DNA of 64,000 nt, from positions 1-64,000 of IMG/VR virus record IMGVR_UViG_3300034417_000033; one strand, 5' to 3'. The stretch's first letter is position 1; every line of letters starts with the position of its first letter. Shown here one piece after another: positions 55,844 through 64,000 of this stretch. A program made the translations under genes and the position numbers. The notes beneath the pieces are model-generated. The model saw nothing but the letters and a program-made list of their open reading frames with translations, ran no database searches and was not told where the DNA came from. Origin of the DNA: a virus.

Positions 55844-57238
55844 TTATTTTTCTAATTTCTTTAAAATGCTTTGTAAGTCACTGCCTCTACTCAGCACACT
55901 TTTTTCTTCTTTCTTTTTCTCTGGACTCACAACACTTTTTTGTTTCAAAGTATTTAGAATATTGGAAGTTTGTGCACCAATTGATGTTTCTTCACCCTCT
56001 TCCAAATCTAAGATCCTTAAGGACTTTGTGTTAAACTTCAAGTCTACTTTAGATCCAACACCAGAAGACGACCGCGTTTTCATAAACTGTATTTGGTATC
56101 TTCCTTGTTCTTTCATAGACGAAGTAACAAAAATACCAATAACATTATCCGCTGTGTTGATTTTGGAAATACCACCAGAGATGTGTGAGTGATCAAATTC
56201 TACTTCTTCATGAGACGATCTGTTTAACTGCGATGCTGTTACAAACAATACATTTAGATCTACTGCTAGGTCACGCAAGTTCTCACTTACATACTTATCT
56301 TTGACGAACAGGTCACTCGGTGAAACTTTGACATTCGTTGGCATACATAAGTCCAAATAGTCGAGTAGGATTGCATCTACCTTAACGCCTGTTTGGATTT
56401 CATATTCTTTAATGTAGGCCTTAATGTCGTTTGCTGTACAACCGTTTTTAAGCTGTTTAATACGCAACGAGCCTTTATTTTTCTTTGCCGCGACTCTGAT
56501 CTTGAAATCAACATCAGTTCTATTCTTCATTACTTCTTGTGTTGCATACCCAGTGAACATGGCGTCGATACGCATGGCACAAAGGACTTCACTTAATTCC
56601 AAACTAAGGTAAACTACGTTCAGACCCATATCAGACCAGTTAACTGCAAAATTCTGCAAGAACAAAGATTTACCAGCACCTGACTGTCCGCAGAAGATTG
56701 TCAATTCCCCTCTGTTCAATCCACCATATAGCTTTTGGTCAATTGATTTATATCCGGTGCTAATTGTATTTTTACTGTTGGCCATTTTATCCAAACGACC
56801 TAACGGATCAGCAAAATAGTCTGTACCTAAATCTTTAACAAGACCAATAGAAACAGCGTCTTTAACTTGCTTTTCAACTTCCCCGTATCTCCCTTCCATT
56901 AACAAGTCTGGAGATTTATAAATCACATGTTCTAATTGCCGGTACCTTGCAAACTCTTCGTATTCCTTTAAAAACCAATCCTTATGTCCGTCGTTTACGC
57001 TATCTAATATTGATACTTCTTTTCCTGTGGTTGCTTTTATCTGCTGTATTAGCGGCAGTGTTCCAAACTCGTTTGCATGTTCTAGAATAAACGCAACTGC
57101 TTTTTTATTTTTATTATCATGAAAGTGGCTTGGGTCAATTACCCCCATACACCTAACAAATAACTCCGGTTCTGTTACGAAGAAGTTTACAAACACATCC
57201 TCGATTTCCTTCGTATACTCTTTTATATCATTGCTCAT
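55844..57238 (-). CDS. Replicative DNA helicase (T4 gp41 / DnaB-like)
   Basis: GGLNRGEL..F.G.SGAGKS, SLELSE, LDYLDL, TASQLNR, KTR. Confidence 0.93.
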   Translation of the reverse strand: MSNDIKEYTKEIEDVFVNFFVTEPELFVRCMGVIDPSHFHDNKNKKAVAFILEHANEFGTLPLIQQIKATTGKEVSILDSVNDGHKDWFLKEYEEFARYRQLEHVIYKSPDLLMEGRYGEVEKQVKDAVSIGLVKDLGTDYFADPLGRLDKMANSKNTISTGYKSIDQKLYGGLNRGELTIFCGQSGAGKSLFLQNFAVNWSDMGLNVVYLSLELSEVLCAMRIDAMFTGYATQEVMKNRTDVDFKIRVAAKKNKGSLRIKQLKNGCTANDIKAYIKEYEIQTGVKVDAILLDYLDLCMPTNVKVSPSDLFVKDKYVSENLRDLAVDLNVLFVTASQLNRSSHEEVEFDHSHISGGISKINTADNVIGIFVTSSMKEQGRYQIQFMKTRSSSGVGSKVDLKFNTKSLRILDLEEGEETSIGAQTSNILNTLKQKSVVSPEKKKEEKSVLSRGSDLQSILKKLEK

Positions 57239-58241
57239 TATAGTTGTCCATTTTCCTTAGAATATTTATTTTTAATGGATTTGTCTCTATCGACGACAAG
57301 ATGGAATGCAATGTAATCAGTCTGCCATACACCTGGCATGCCTGTCCAGCGTCTTTAATATTATTCGCCCATTTTGGAAAAGCGACTGCCCATTTATTTT
57401 CTATTGCAACTGCAACTAGTGGGTCGCCATCCTTATCCCTGTCCGGACATACAACAATTTGTTTATTTAGAGAATTTATAATATCTATTTGGGTTTTATT
57501 TATAGTTCCTAAACTAGAAACCCCATCTGTTAAGTATGCGTCTAACACACCTTCATTTACAATGCAGTATTTTCTGTCATCCTTCTGCTTGTCTAAATTA
57601 TAAACATAATTGTCCGGCATCGTATTTATGTACCGGCGTATGGTTTTATTATGAACATCCTTATAATATCTACCAGTGTTGCCTACAAGTTTGCCATTAT
57701 AATAAAACGGTATTATTATTCGTTTGCATTGCTGCAATTCTTTTTTAGGACTCCAGTAGATATCACCTAAGGACAAATGTCTCTCGTTTGCATATTTCAC
57801 AGCCTGCAAATAATCCATATCTGTGCATCCTTCCCAGCTAGACAAAGGCAGAGAATCCTCCGGAAGTTCAATCTCTTTCCATTTGTCAAATACATTTCCG
57901 GCTAAGACAGGAGAAGCAAATATTTGGCCTGCTTCCTTTTCCCTAAAAGATTGGAATTTTAATTTGTTTACATCAGCCTTTGGCATGCCGATCGCAGTAA
58001 GGAACCAACAGAAATCTTTACTCAGTTCTGTTCCCACTGTCCACAGTGCATGAAATTGGCAATTGAAACAATTTATTCCTATGCCGTCGGGCGACAGCTT
58101 GACTCCGAATCTGCCCTTCTTATCCTGAGTGTAGCCACGCTGGACACAAAGTGGGCAGTTTCTAGTTTTCCAACCTTTTCTGGAGTTCTTTAAATTAGGA
58201 AGATAATTTGTTATTGTTTGTTCTAATACTTCCGCTAACAT
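57228..58241 (-). CDS. DNA primase (gp61-like, zinc finger plus TOPRIM)
   Basis: CPLC..CFNC, RIIIPF, EG.LDA, PDRD..G, KD. Confidence 0.9.
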   Translation of the reverse strand: MLAEVLEQTITNYLPNLKNSRKGWKTRNCPLCVQRGYTQDKKGRFGVKLSPDGIGINCFNCQFHALWTVGTELSKDFCWFLTAIGMPKADVNKLKFQSFREKEAGQIFASPVLAGNVFDKWKEIELPEDSLPLSSWEGCTDMDYLQAVKYANERHLSLGDIYWSPKKELQQCKRIIIPFYYNGKLVGNTGRYYKDVHNKTIRRYINTMPDNYVYNLDKQKDDRKYCIVNEGVLDAYLTDGVSSLGTINKTQIDIINSLNKQIVVCPDRDKDGDPLVAVAIENKWAVAFPKWANNIKDAGQACQVYGRLITLHSILSSIETNPLKINILRKMDNYNEQ

Positions 58242-58247
58242 GTTGCA

Positions 58248-58276
58248 ATTATAGCAAATTGTTATATAATTGTCAA
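58248..58276 (-). promoter_or_regulatory. Consensus sigma70 promoter (leaderless primase mRNA)
   Basis: TTGACA-17bp-TATAAT, then 6 nt to the ATG at 58241. Confidence 0.85.
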
Positions 58277-59154
58277 GCCCTTAAATAAACTTTTACAATT
58301 GGCGTGTTATCTTCTTTTAATGATGATGGACGCTCGTAAGCATTAAGAATAGGTGAATCTGGTCTCCAAGAAAATTTAAGCCATCTGACATTAGCACTAA
58401 AAGTATAATACTTAAATGAAGTCTCGTGTACAAAAGGATGCTCTACGCCATCGCCCATATAATCAATCTTAAAAAATTCATTCGGATCGACAGGAGCCAC
58501 GGTTTCTAAACTTCCCATTAAATAAAACTTGCCAGAGAAGTCACGCATATTCACAGCAAAAGTGTGGGAAGCATGAATGTTGTTTTTTATTCTGTTTGCT
58601 TGGAATGCAGAACTGTAATACACATTAGCTGGCATGTCATCCCAAATTTCCATCTGGGAAACCCAATCGCTGTACCCAACTTCTTTTGTTGGTGCGGGAG
58701 TCATATCTACTGCGGGCATTATTTCCACTGTCATGGATATATGTGCAGACAAGTCTGTGTATAGTGGAGTTGTTGGAGTATCGTATTCATCCGAAGTATT
58801 TCCAGCAACAAAGAAGTTGTAAAAGCCAGGGGCAATGTCGGCAATCTCACGCTCAAGAATATCTAAAGAAAATAATCCCTTAGTTGATGTCGTGAGTTTT
58901 GCTTTTTTCTGCAATACTCGCTCTTGATTTTCGACAGACACCATAGTAGCAACAAGATTGAATTGGTCTATCTTTGTTTTCTTTCGATCGGAGTCATACA
59001 CAATAAAATTAATTTTATTATCAACACCTTTGTAAATGCGTATAGTATTATCGTTCATAGGCCTGTTGTCGGTTGTATTACAAGAGCAGGTTATCACATC
59101 ATCCTCTAAAAGAAGGGTGATTAGCTGATTGTAAAGGTATAGTGTGTGAATCAT
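58273..59154 (-). CDS. Probable virion (baseplate-like) protein
   Basis: IYKG.DN.I.F...D.D.K N-terminal motif; GGTAAATA 5 nt upstream. Confidence 0.6.
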   Translation of the reverse strand: MIHTLYLYNQLITLLLEDDVITCSCNTTDNRPMNDNTIRIYKGVDNKINFIVYDSDRKKTKIDQFNLVATMVSVENQERVLQKKAKLTTSTKGLFSLDILEREIADIAPGFYNFFVAGNTSDEYDTPTTPLYTDLSAHISMTVEIMPAVDMTPAPTKEVGYSDWVSQMEIWDDMPANVYYSSAFQANRIKNNIHASHTFAVNMRDFSGKFYLMGSLETVAPVDPNEFFKIDYMGDGVEHPFVHETSFKYYTFSANVRWLKFSWRPDSPILNAYERPSSLKEDNTPIVKVYLRA

Positions 59155-59196
59155 ACCAGTATTTACCTTTTTTTAATCAACAAATCATTTTCATCT

Positions 59197-59204
59197 GATA
59201 AATA
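59197..59204 (+). promoter_or_regulatory. Late-like promoter GATAAATA
   Basis: 7 nt before the ATG at 59212; divergent from GGTAAATA at 59160-59167. Confidence 0.6.
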
Positions 59205-59211
59205 AAAAGCC

Positions 59212-59580
59212 ATGGATGAAAATGATATCAAACAAAATTTTCCGTTCCTCACTATTCTGAAACATCAGATAAAGGAGTACATCTGTATCGTTCAGAATTC
59301 AGATGAAAACATAATCAGCTTCTATGATTTTAATTCTATTAAAACTCAAGCAGAAAAAGAAATATTCCTACAACTAGGGGATACTTGGTGGTGGGAGTCT
59401 AATAGGATGTTACCTATATCAGTATTCCTCCCAAATCAAATGAAGACCTTCCAATACTGCTTAAAAACCATTCTTAGAAAAGATGCAGAAGTAGTAGTTG
59501 GGCCTTGCACTTCACTTCAAAACATTATACAGAAAAGAATCAAGCGTCGGCAGATATCTTTAATCAGGAAGATCGTTTAG
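59212..59580 (+). CDS. Conserved jumbo-phage core hypothetical protein
   Basis: FPFLT...EY..I.QN.D....S.YD, FL.LG..WWWESNR..PI..F, GP. Confidence 0.75.
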   Translation: MDENDIKQNFPFLTILKHQIKEYICIVQNSDENIISFYDFNSIKTQAEKEIFLQLGDTWWWESNRMLPISVFLPNQMKTFQYCLKTILRKDAEVVVGPCTSLQNIIQKRIKRRQISLIRKIV

Positions 59581-60150
59581 AAGATTAAGATGCACGCCTA
59601 CCAAGTGTGCATACGAAATCGAATGCGCCATTTTGAAATAGTAGCTTCCGTCTGTCGGTTTATCCCAAACAGTTTTGGCAACTTCGTCCCACTTCTTACC
59701 AACTAAATGCCTTTTGCCTGGCCTAATTACAGCAAGAAACATTGCGACCTTTTCAAACGTATCAACTGCTTCTGGCATTTCTAACAATAAATCATAGTGG
59801 TTTGCAATATGAACTAACTGTTCGCATACTGCCCTATCATAAATCAATGCCCAATTGGGCTCTACCATGAGAGCATCGAGGTGCTCTTCATCACGAACTA
59901 GCTCATATACTGAGTTGTTTAGTATATCTATTTTAAAATAGCCTAAGTTCGGAGATTCCTTATAATCAATGGTAGCGATATTTGTAAATGGGTTAACAGG
60001 TATATTTTGAAGATATATCCCAGTGTTGTGCTTAACTATTTCTTCGTTACGGTGCATCATAGCAAGCGTATGTGGTAACTTAGAAAGAACCAAGTCTCTG
60101 TTTGCTACGTCGATATCAATATCAGTGTCAAAATTTATTCTTGTGTCCAT
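59560..60150 (-). CDS. Minimal DNA polymerase III alpha (DnaE-like) catalytic fragment
   Basis: DIDID, H.TG.Y, G.FK.D.L, LA.IRPG, Y.FK..H...YA. Confidence 0.8.
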   Translation of the reverse strand: MDTRINFDTDIDIDVANRDLVLSKLPHTLAMMHRNEEIVKHNTGIYLQNIPVNPFTNIATIDYKESPNLGYFKIDILNNSVYELVRDEEHLDALMVEPNWALIYDRAVCEQLVHIANHYDLLLEMPEAVDTFEKVAMFLAVIRPGKRHLVGKKWDEVAKTVWDKPTDGSYYFKMAHSISYAHLVGVHLNLLNDLPD

Positions 60151-60437
60151 TTCCTAAATTCGCTCGTGAAATATTCGCCAGTGTATTTTAATTTAAAAGC
60201 CAGCTCATCTTGTTTGTTGTGAAAATCCACCATACTCAGGAAGTGCAAGTTGCGGACAAAATATTGTGGTATCATAATATCCTCGTCAACAACGGTGTCA
60301 GACCATCGACGGCAAAAGTCCTCAACTTTATCAGCATTGGCATCGCATGGAAAGCCTAGTATGGTAGTAAAAATGCAAAGATTCGTAATAAGGCTCAACA
60401 TACTCCTGCTTCGAAAAGCTAAATCTTGATCACCCAT
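60135..60437 (-). CDS. Small protein ending F..KQDELAFKLKY
   Basis: Same family pattern as 6642..6863. Confidence 0.6.
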   Translation of the reverse strand: MGDQDLAFRSRSMLSLITNLCIFTTILGFPCDANADKVEDFCRRWSDTVVDEDIMIPQYFVRNLHFLSMVDFHNKQDELAFKLKYTGEYFTSEFRKWTQE

Positions 60438-61150
60438 TATACTCCTGCGGCAGCTAAAATTTCCTTAACAAACTTAGCATCGTCCTGATTCTGTAGGATT
60501 TTATTTCCCCAAAACTCTGGGTTAATAGCACTCTCAATTATAGTCCCTTGTTCTTCGTTCATTCTACCTAGCAATTGCGGGCCAGTGCTGGACAAATACA
60601 ACACCCACGGACTTATCTTTCCTGATTTTATGAGGTGTGTTGCTTCCACTGGATGGCACGCCACAAAGAAATCAGTAAATTCACGCTGATGTGCTGTTGC
60701 CCATAATTGCATTTCAACAATTGTTCGCTCAACTGCTTTTTCAACCGGCTCTCTTTTGACAAGTTCCGATAGATACGCCTCATACACAATATCGTTACAC
60801 CACTTATCTAGTGGGATGCCCTGTTTAAGAACAAAATCAACAAATTGCTCTGGCATAATTGGATTTAAACCAATCAAATGTCTGCCAAATTTAACAAACG
60901 CCGAATAAAATTGACTATTGATAAAATCCATTTCATTTTTCGGCGTTTTAGACGTAGTAGTTATTTCATAAAACTTTTGAAACACCCTAAAACCAAATCT
61001 AGCTCCAGGTGTGTCCTTATCAGTGTATCTTCTTTTCTTAACGCACATGTGCGCAGACAATGTCTTCTCTGAAGAAAAGCCTTTCTCACAAAATTTGCAA
61101 ATGTGATCTCTATTTGAAAATAACTTTGATTGTTTCTTCGTCATACCCAT
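60437..61150 (-). CDS. Conserved protein with N-terminal C2H-type zinc finger
   Basis: CKFCEKGFSSEKTLSAHMC; I..GKISPWV. Confidence 0.7.
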   Translation of the reverse strand: MGMTKKQSKLFSNRDHICKFCEKGFSSEKTLSAHMCVKKRRYTDKDTPGARFGFRVFQKFYEITTTSKTPKNEMDFINSQFYSAFVKFGRHLIGLNPIMPEQFVDFVLKQGIPLDKWCNDIVYEAYLSELVKREPVEKAVERTIVEMQLWATAHQREFTDFFVACHPVEATHLIKSGKISPWVLYLSSTGPQLLGRMNEEQGTIIESAINPEFWGNKILQNQDDAKFVKEILAAAGV

Positions 61151-61571
61151 ACGTTCGCGCCAGAGTTTTCAAATCATCAGGTGTGTTTACTGCAATGAAT
61201 GCGTCAATATCATCCAACTTCATTTGCGGATAAAGATCAGACACAAATTCCTGCAATTTGTTTTTCTTCTTGCCCTTTGGAGGCTTCATGAATCTACGGC
61301 GTGTGTTACGTTCCCCGCATATTGCAATTGTCATCCATGTTAGTTCTGGATGATTCTTTAAATCAGAAAAGTTCTTATTAACGACTGCATTAACTAATGG
61401 CACAAAGTATTCATTATACTCATTAAGTTCACACGATGTTGCCCAGCGCATAGTTAACCAAGGCGAGAACTCTTTCTTCTGCTCTGGTGTTAACTTGCGA
61501 TAAAACAGTTTGTCTTTTCTATCTATTGCATTTAACAAATCTTTTAAATCAATTAATGTTTCTTTAGCCAT
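61110..61571 (-). CDS. Clamp-loader small subunit-like (T4 gp62-like)
   Basis: Y..L..E.KK.FSP....RW.., N.NF..L..HP, short basic linker, C-terminal helical hairpin. Confidence 0.6.
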   Translation of the reverse strand: MAKETLIDLKDLLNAIDRKDKLFYRKLTPEQKKEFSPWLTMRWATSCELNEYNEYFVPLVNAVVNKNFSDLKNHPELTWMTIAICGERNTRRRFMKPPKGKKKNKLQEFVSDLYPQMKLDDIDAFIAVNTPDDLKTLARTYGYDEETIKVIFK

Positions 61572-61788
61572 GTTCGTGCCCAGTCCAAGGTATACTTAGT
61601 TTATTACAAATACTTTCTTCGCCCAGTAATTTTAATACCATCATATCTGCATTATTGAGAAGGACAAAATAAAGTTTGTCCCCATCTATGCCTACTGCTA
61701 ACACGCCTGGCAAATTACCCATATATTTTTTAGCTTGCTTGTACCAGCGAAACGATATATTTGTAGTCAGGCGCGTTCTTTTTGCCAT
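61564..61788 (-). CDS. Small hypothetical protein
   Basis: YF...ADMMVLKL. Confidence 0.55.
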   Translation of the reverse strand: MAKRTRLTTNISFRWYKQAKKYMGNLPGVLAVGIDGDKLYFVLLNNADMMVLKLLGEESICNKLSIPWTGHEHG

Positions 61789-62291
61789 TACTGAAACAGT
61801 GTTGCGATGTCGATTGGTGTTTGAATCTTAGCACCTTCTTTTACAAACAATGCACACAAGGGTTTTTCTCCGCCTTCGACTGGAACAACAAGAATGTTGC
61901 CATTTTTCAATTTTGGGAAATACCACTTAACATCTGCATATACGTTGGAAATAGTAATTTCTTTGGATGCCGGTACCATATGCTCTAATGGATTAAATAG
62001 CAGTGAGTGAAATCCCCTGTCGTTTAACTTTGTTAGCGGCATAATTTCTAAATCGCCATAATCTTCATCACACACAACAATCGACCAATCTAGTGGCATC
62101 TTAATTGTGTGCTTACCAATCTCTAACACAATCGCTGGAGAATGGAACGACTCCAAGAATATCAAAGGAAGGAAGTAAAAGTCTATGTTGTGTTTATCGG
62201 AACAATCAAGCACACAATATCTTATGTCTTCAATTTCCTCTGGAATGCTATCCAGCTCGTATGGGTTATTTTCTACTGTGAGTATTCTCAA
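61788..62291 (-). CDS. Conserved protein downstream of uvsW, possibly degenerate Hint fold
   Basis: PAIVLEIG..I.MPLDW.I.V.D...VKWYFPKLKNG. Confidence 0.65.
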   Translation of the reverse strand: MRILTVENNPYELDSIPEEIEDIRYCVLDCSDKHNIDFYFLPLIFLESFHSPAIVLEIGKHTIKMPLDWSIVVCDEDYGDLEIMPLTKLNDRGFHSLLFNPLEHMVPASKEITISNVYADVKWYFPKLKNGNILVVPVEGGEKPLCALFVKEGAKIQTPIDIATLFQ

Positions 62292-62311
62292 AATTTGTCC
62301 TATTGTTATTA

Positions 62312-62575
62312 TTATTTTGCAATTTGATTTACCTTTCTATTCTCAAATGGTTGTATAACATCTCTAAATAACTTAATATCTAGTTCACCTGCTAAACAGC
62401 CCAATAAAAAAGTTTCTTTATCCGCACACCTAAACACAACATCGAGAAAATACTTACCTCCGCGCTGCTGTCTAACAAGGTCTGCATACGGAATTCTATT
62501 TTTTCTTAACTGCATTTTTAATGCACTTATTGGAAAATCAAAACTGTATGGAATATTCGTTTCGTGTATATACAT
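62312..62575 (-). CDS. Small hypothetical protein
   Basis: ORF; start overlaps the -10 box, so uncertain. Confidence 0.5.
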   Translation of the reverse strand: MYIHETNIPYSFDFPISALKMQLRKNRIPYADLVRQQRGGKYFLDVVFRCADKETFLLGCLAGELDIKLFRDVIQPFENRKVNQIAK

Positions 62576-62602
62576 TATAGCAGTTCCTTATAAAGATGTC
62601 AA
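62574..62602 (-). promoter_or_regulatory. Consensus sigma70 promoter
   Basis: TTGACA-17bp-TATAAT; the -35 overlaps the uvsW TGA. Confidence 0.8.
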
Positions 62603-64000
62603 CGATCTAGTTTTACCACTTTAAATGGGTACTGCTCTTGTTTATAATATTTCTTACGTTCGGTTAGATGGCGTTTAGAATATTTAGAAGAGGAACACAA
62701 ATCGTATACGTTTGCAAAGTCTTTATCTTCTGCTTTCCGTATGCTTCTGCCGATTGATTGAATAACTCGAATAAAGCTCTTGCCTGGTTCTAACATGAAC
62801 AGATTAAAAATTCTTGGAACGTCAATGCCCACGGCCGCGACACCATAAGTAGCAATGATTGTGTTATTGTCTGAAGTTTGGATCTTTTTATATTCTTCTT
62901 TTCTTTCGTCACTGTCAACTGTCCCGTTAATAAAAACTGAGCCTGGAATAAGCTCTTGTAATATTTTACCTGTCTCAATTCTATCAATTAAGATAAGTGC
63001 GTTGCCACCGTCTGCATGTGTAGTAATGTAGTTTGCAAGAAACTTTAGTCGATCCTTGTCTGTTACTAGATATTTTAGCTCAGTTGCATAGCTTGCAAAC
63101 TTATAATCATAATCTTGTATCTGTGCGACAGTAATGTGCAAGTTACTTAATATGCCTTTGTCTTGCAATTCTTTTGCAGTAACAGAATTAATAAGAGGGC
63201 CAATTGAACAAAGCAATGACATCTTGTCATAATCTTCTAAAGGAATAGTGCCAGTCATCCCCCAACGTATTGGCACATTTGCAAAAGTAGATGTCAGATG
63301 TTTTCGAAGTACCTTTGCATCTGCTCCGTGACATTCGTCCACAATAACAGTTGCAATGCCTTCGACAAAATCATCAAGATCCAATTCCAGATCGTATTTT
63401 TTGCTTTTCTTATCTAGAGCTTCAATACTTTGCCATGTACAAATAATATGTTGGTGCCCAGGCTCTTTTCTATCACCAAAGTAAACACCCACATCAAGAC
63501 CAAGTAATTTGAAATCTCGTTCTGTCTGTGTTACCAGATCCTTACTTGGAACGATAGTTATTGTTCTTCCATACTTTTCTGTCTTGTGTGCAAGTATGGC
63601 CGTGATTAAAGTTTTTCCTGCTCCAGTTGATACTTTTTGTATAGACTGAGTATTTGCAAGATATTCGTTAACTACTTCAACTTGGTGCTCTCGAACCATA
63701 ATTGATTCGCCTGCTTTTACGTGGCCTTCTGGCCAAACAATATGGGCATACGAATCTTCACTAACTGCATCAAATTCAAAAGTGTTATGTACGCGGGCAT
63801 CATCAATCGAAATTAAATATCCTGCCTCTTGTACAATTGGCAACAGCCTATCTAACAAATTAATATTTGTTCTGCCGCCCACATCACAAAACGCTTCTTT
63901 TCCATTCCAACGGCCTAACTTAAAGGCAGGTGAGAACTTAGCCCAAGGCATGAAGAATTCTGTTGCTTGAACTAATTTTCGTCTTGTGCCGGCATCGAGC
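62599..64000 (-). CDS. uvsW: UvsW-like SF2 DNA helicase (5' end outside window)
   Basis: TGAGKT, VDECH, GMTGT, ATYGVAAVG.D.PRI, QSIGR..RK. Confidence 0.92.
   Translation of the reverse strand, partial: LDAGTRRKLVQATEFFMPWAKFSPAFKLGRWNGKEAFCDVGGRTNINLLDRLLPIVQEAGYLISIDDARVHNTFEFDAVSEDSYAHIVWPEGHVKAGESIMVREHQVEVVNEYLANTQSIQKVSTGAGKTLITAILAHKTEKYGRTITIVPSKDLVTQTERDFKLLGLDVGVYFGDRKEPGHQHIICTWQSIEALDKKSKKYDLELDLDDFVEGIATVIVDECHGADAKVLRKHLTSTFANVPIRWGMTGTIPLEDYDKMSLLCSIGPLINSVTAKELQDKGILSNLHITVAQIQDYDYKFASYATELKYLVTDKDRLKFLANYITTHADGGNALILIDRIETGKILQELIPGSVFINGTVDSDERKEEYKKIQTSDNNTIIATYGVAAVGIDVPRIFNLFMLEPGKSFIRVIQSIGRSIRKAEDKDFANVYDLCSSSKYSKRHLTERKKYYKQEQYPFKVVKLDR

Noticed and set aside
37757-57238. 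Introns or inteins in thyA, nrdA, nrdB or the helicase
   Set aside because: All are uninterrupted and of normal length. The 72-aa ORF after nrdB has no HNH, GIY-YIG or LAGLIDADG motif.
1-64000. Most plus-strand ORFs in the track (e.g. 28485..29174, 31457..32215, 17595..18068)
   Set aside because: They are antisense shadows of well-supported minus-strand genes, with no SD, promoter or motifs. Only 8102..8446 and 59212..59580 were kept.
1-64000. tRNA genes, CRISPR array, integrase or transposase
   Set aside because: No cloverleaf or T-loop context and no regularly spaced repeats seen by eye; intergenic gaps are too short. The PD-(D/E)xK gene at 50962 is a stand-alone phage nuclease, not part of a cas operon.
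1-64000. Stop-codon reassignment
   Set aside because: Known genes are full length under code 11, and TAA, TAG and TGA all end genes at the expected positions.

Overview
A gene-dense, AT-rich (roughly 36-38% GC by eye) 64-kb segment, almost all coded on the minus strand. It reads as part of a large T4-distant jumbo myophage of a probably proteobacterial host; the core genes resemble the Rak2/GAP32/PBECO4-type jumbo phages (inferred from gene content, not a search result). The right end (43-64 kb) is core: UvsW helicase, gp62-like clamp-loader subunit, a 196-aa DnaE-like polymerase core, primase, gp41/DnaB helicase, virion proteins, PD-(D/E)xK nuclease, nrdAB-glutaredoxin and a PAAR-peptidase M15 fusion. 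The left and middle (1-43 kb) are accessory: nucleotide metabolism (thyA, DHFR, dCMP deaminase, MazG-like, folE-queD), ATP-dependent DNA ligase, a proteostasis set (clpP, clpX, clpS, ftsH, AAA ATPase), the prkA/yeaH/spoVR operon, ribosomal protein bS21, SOD, an amidinotransferase and several tandem paralogue arrays. Least explained by known labels: (i) a self-contained operon of secreted, possibly fibre- or amyloid-like proteins flanked by L,D-transpeptidase-like genes and lipoproteins (26.6-31.6 kb); (ii) two short helical peptide motifs found at the ends of dozens of unrelated small proteins; (iii) a GATAAATA late-type promoter that often sits 4-7 nt before the ATG, implying leaderless mRNAs in a genome carrying its own bS21. 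No tRNA, CRISPR array, integrase, transposase, intron or intein was seen. All family assignments come from motif recognition by eye and need HMM confirmation.
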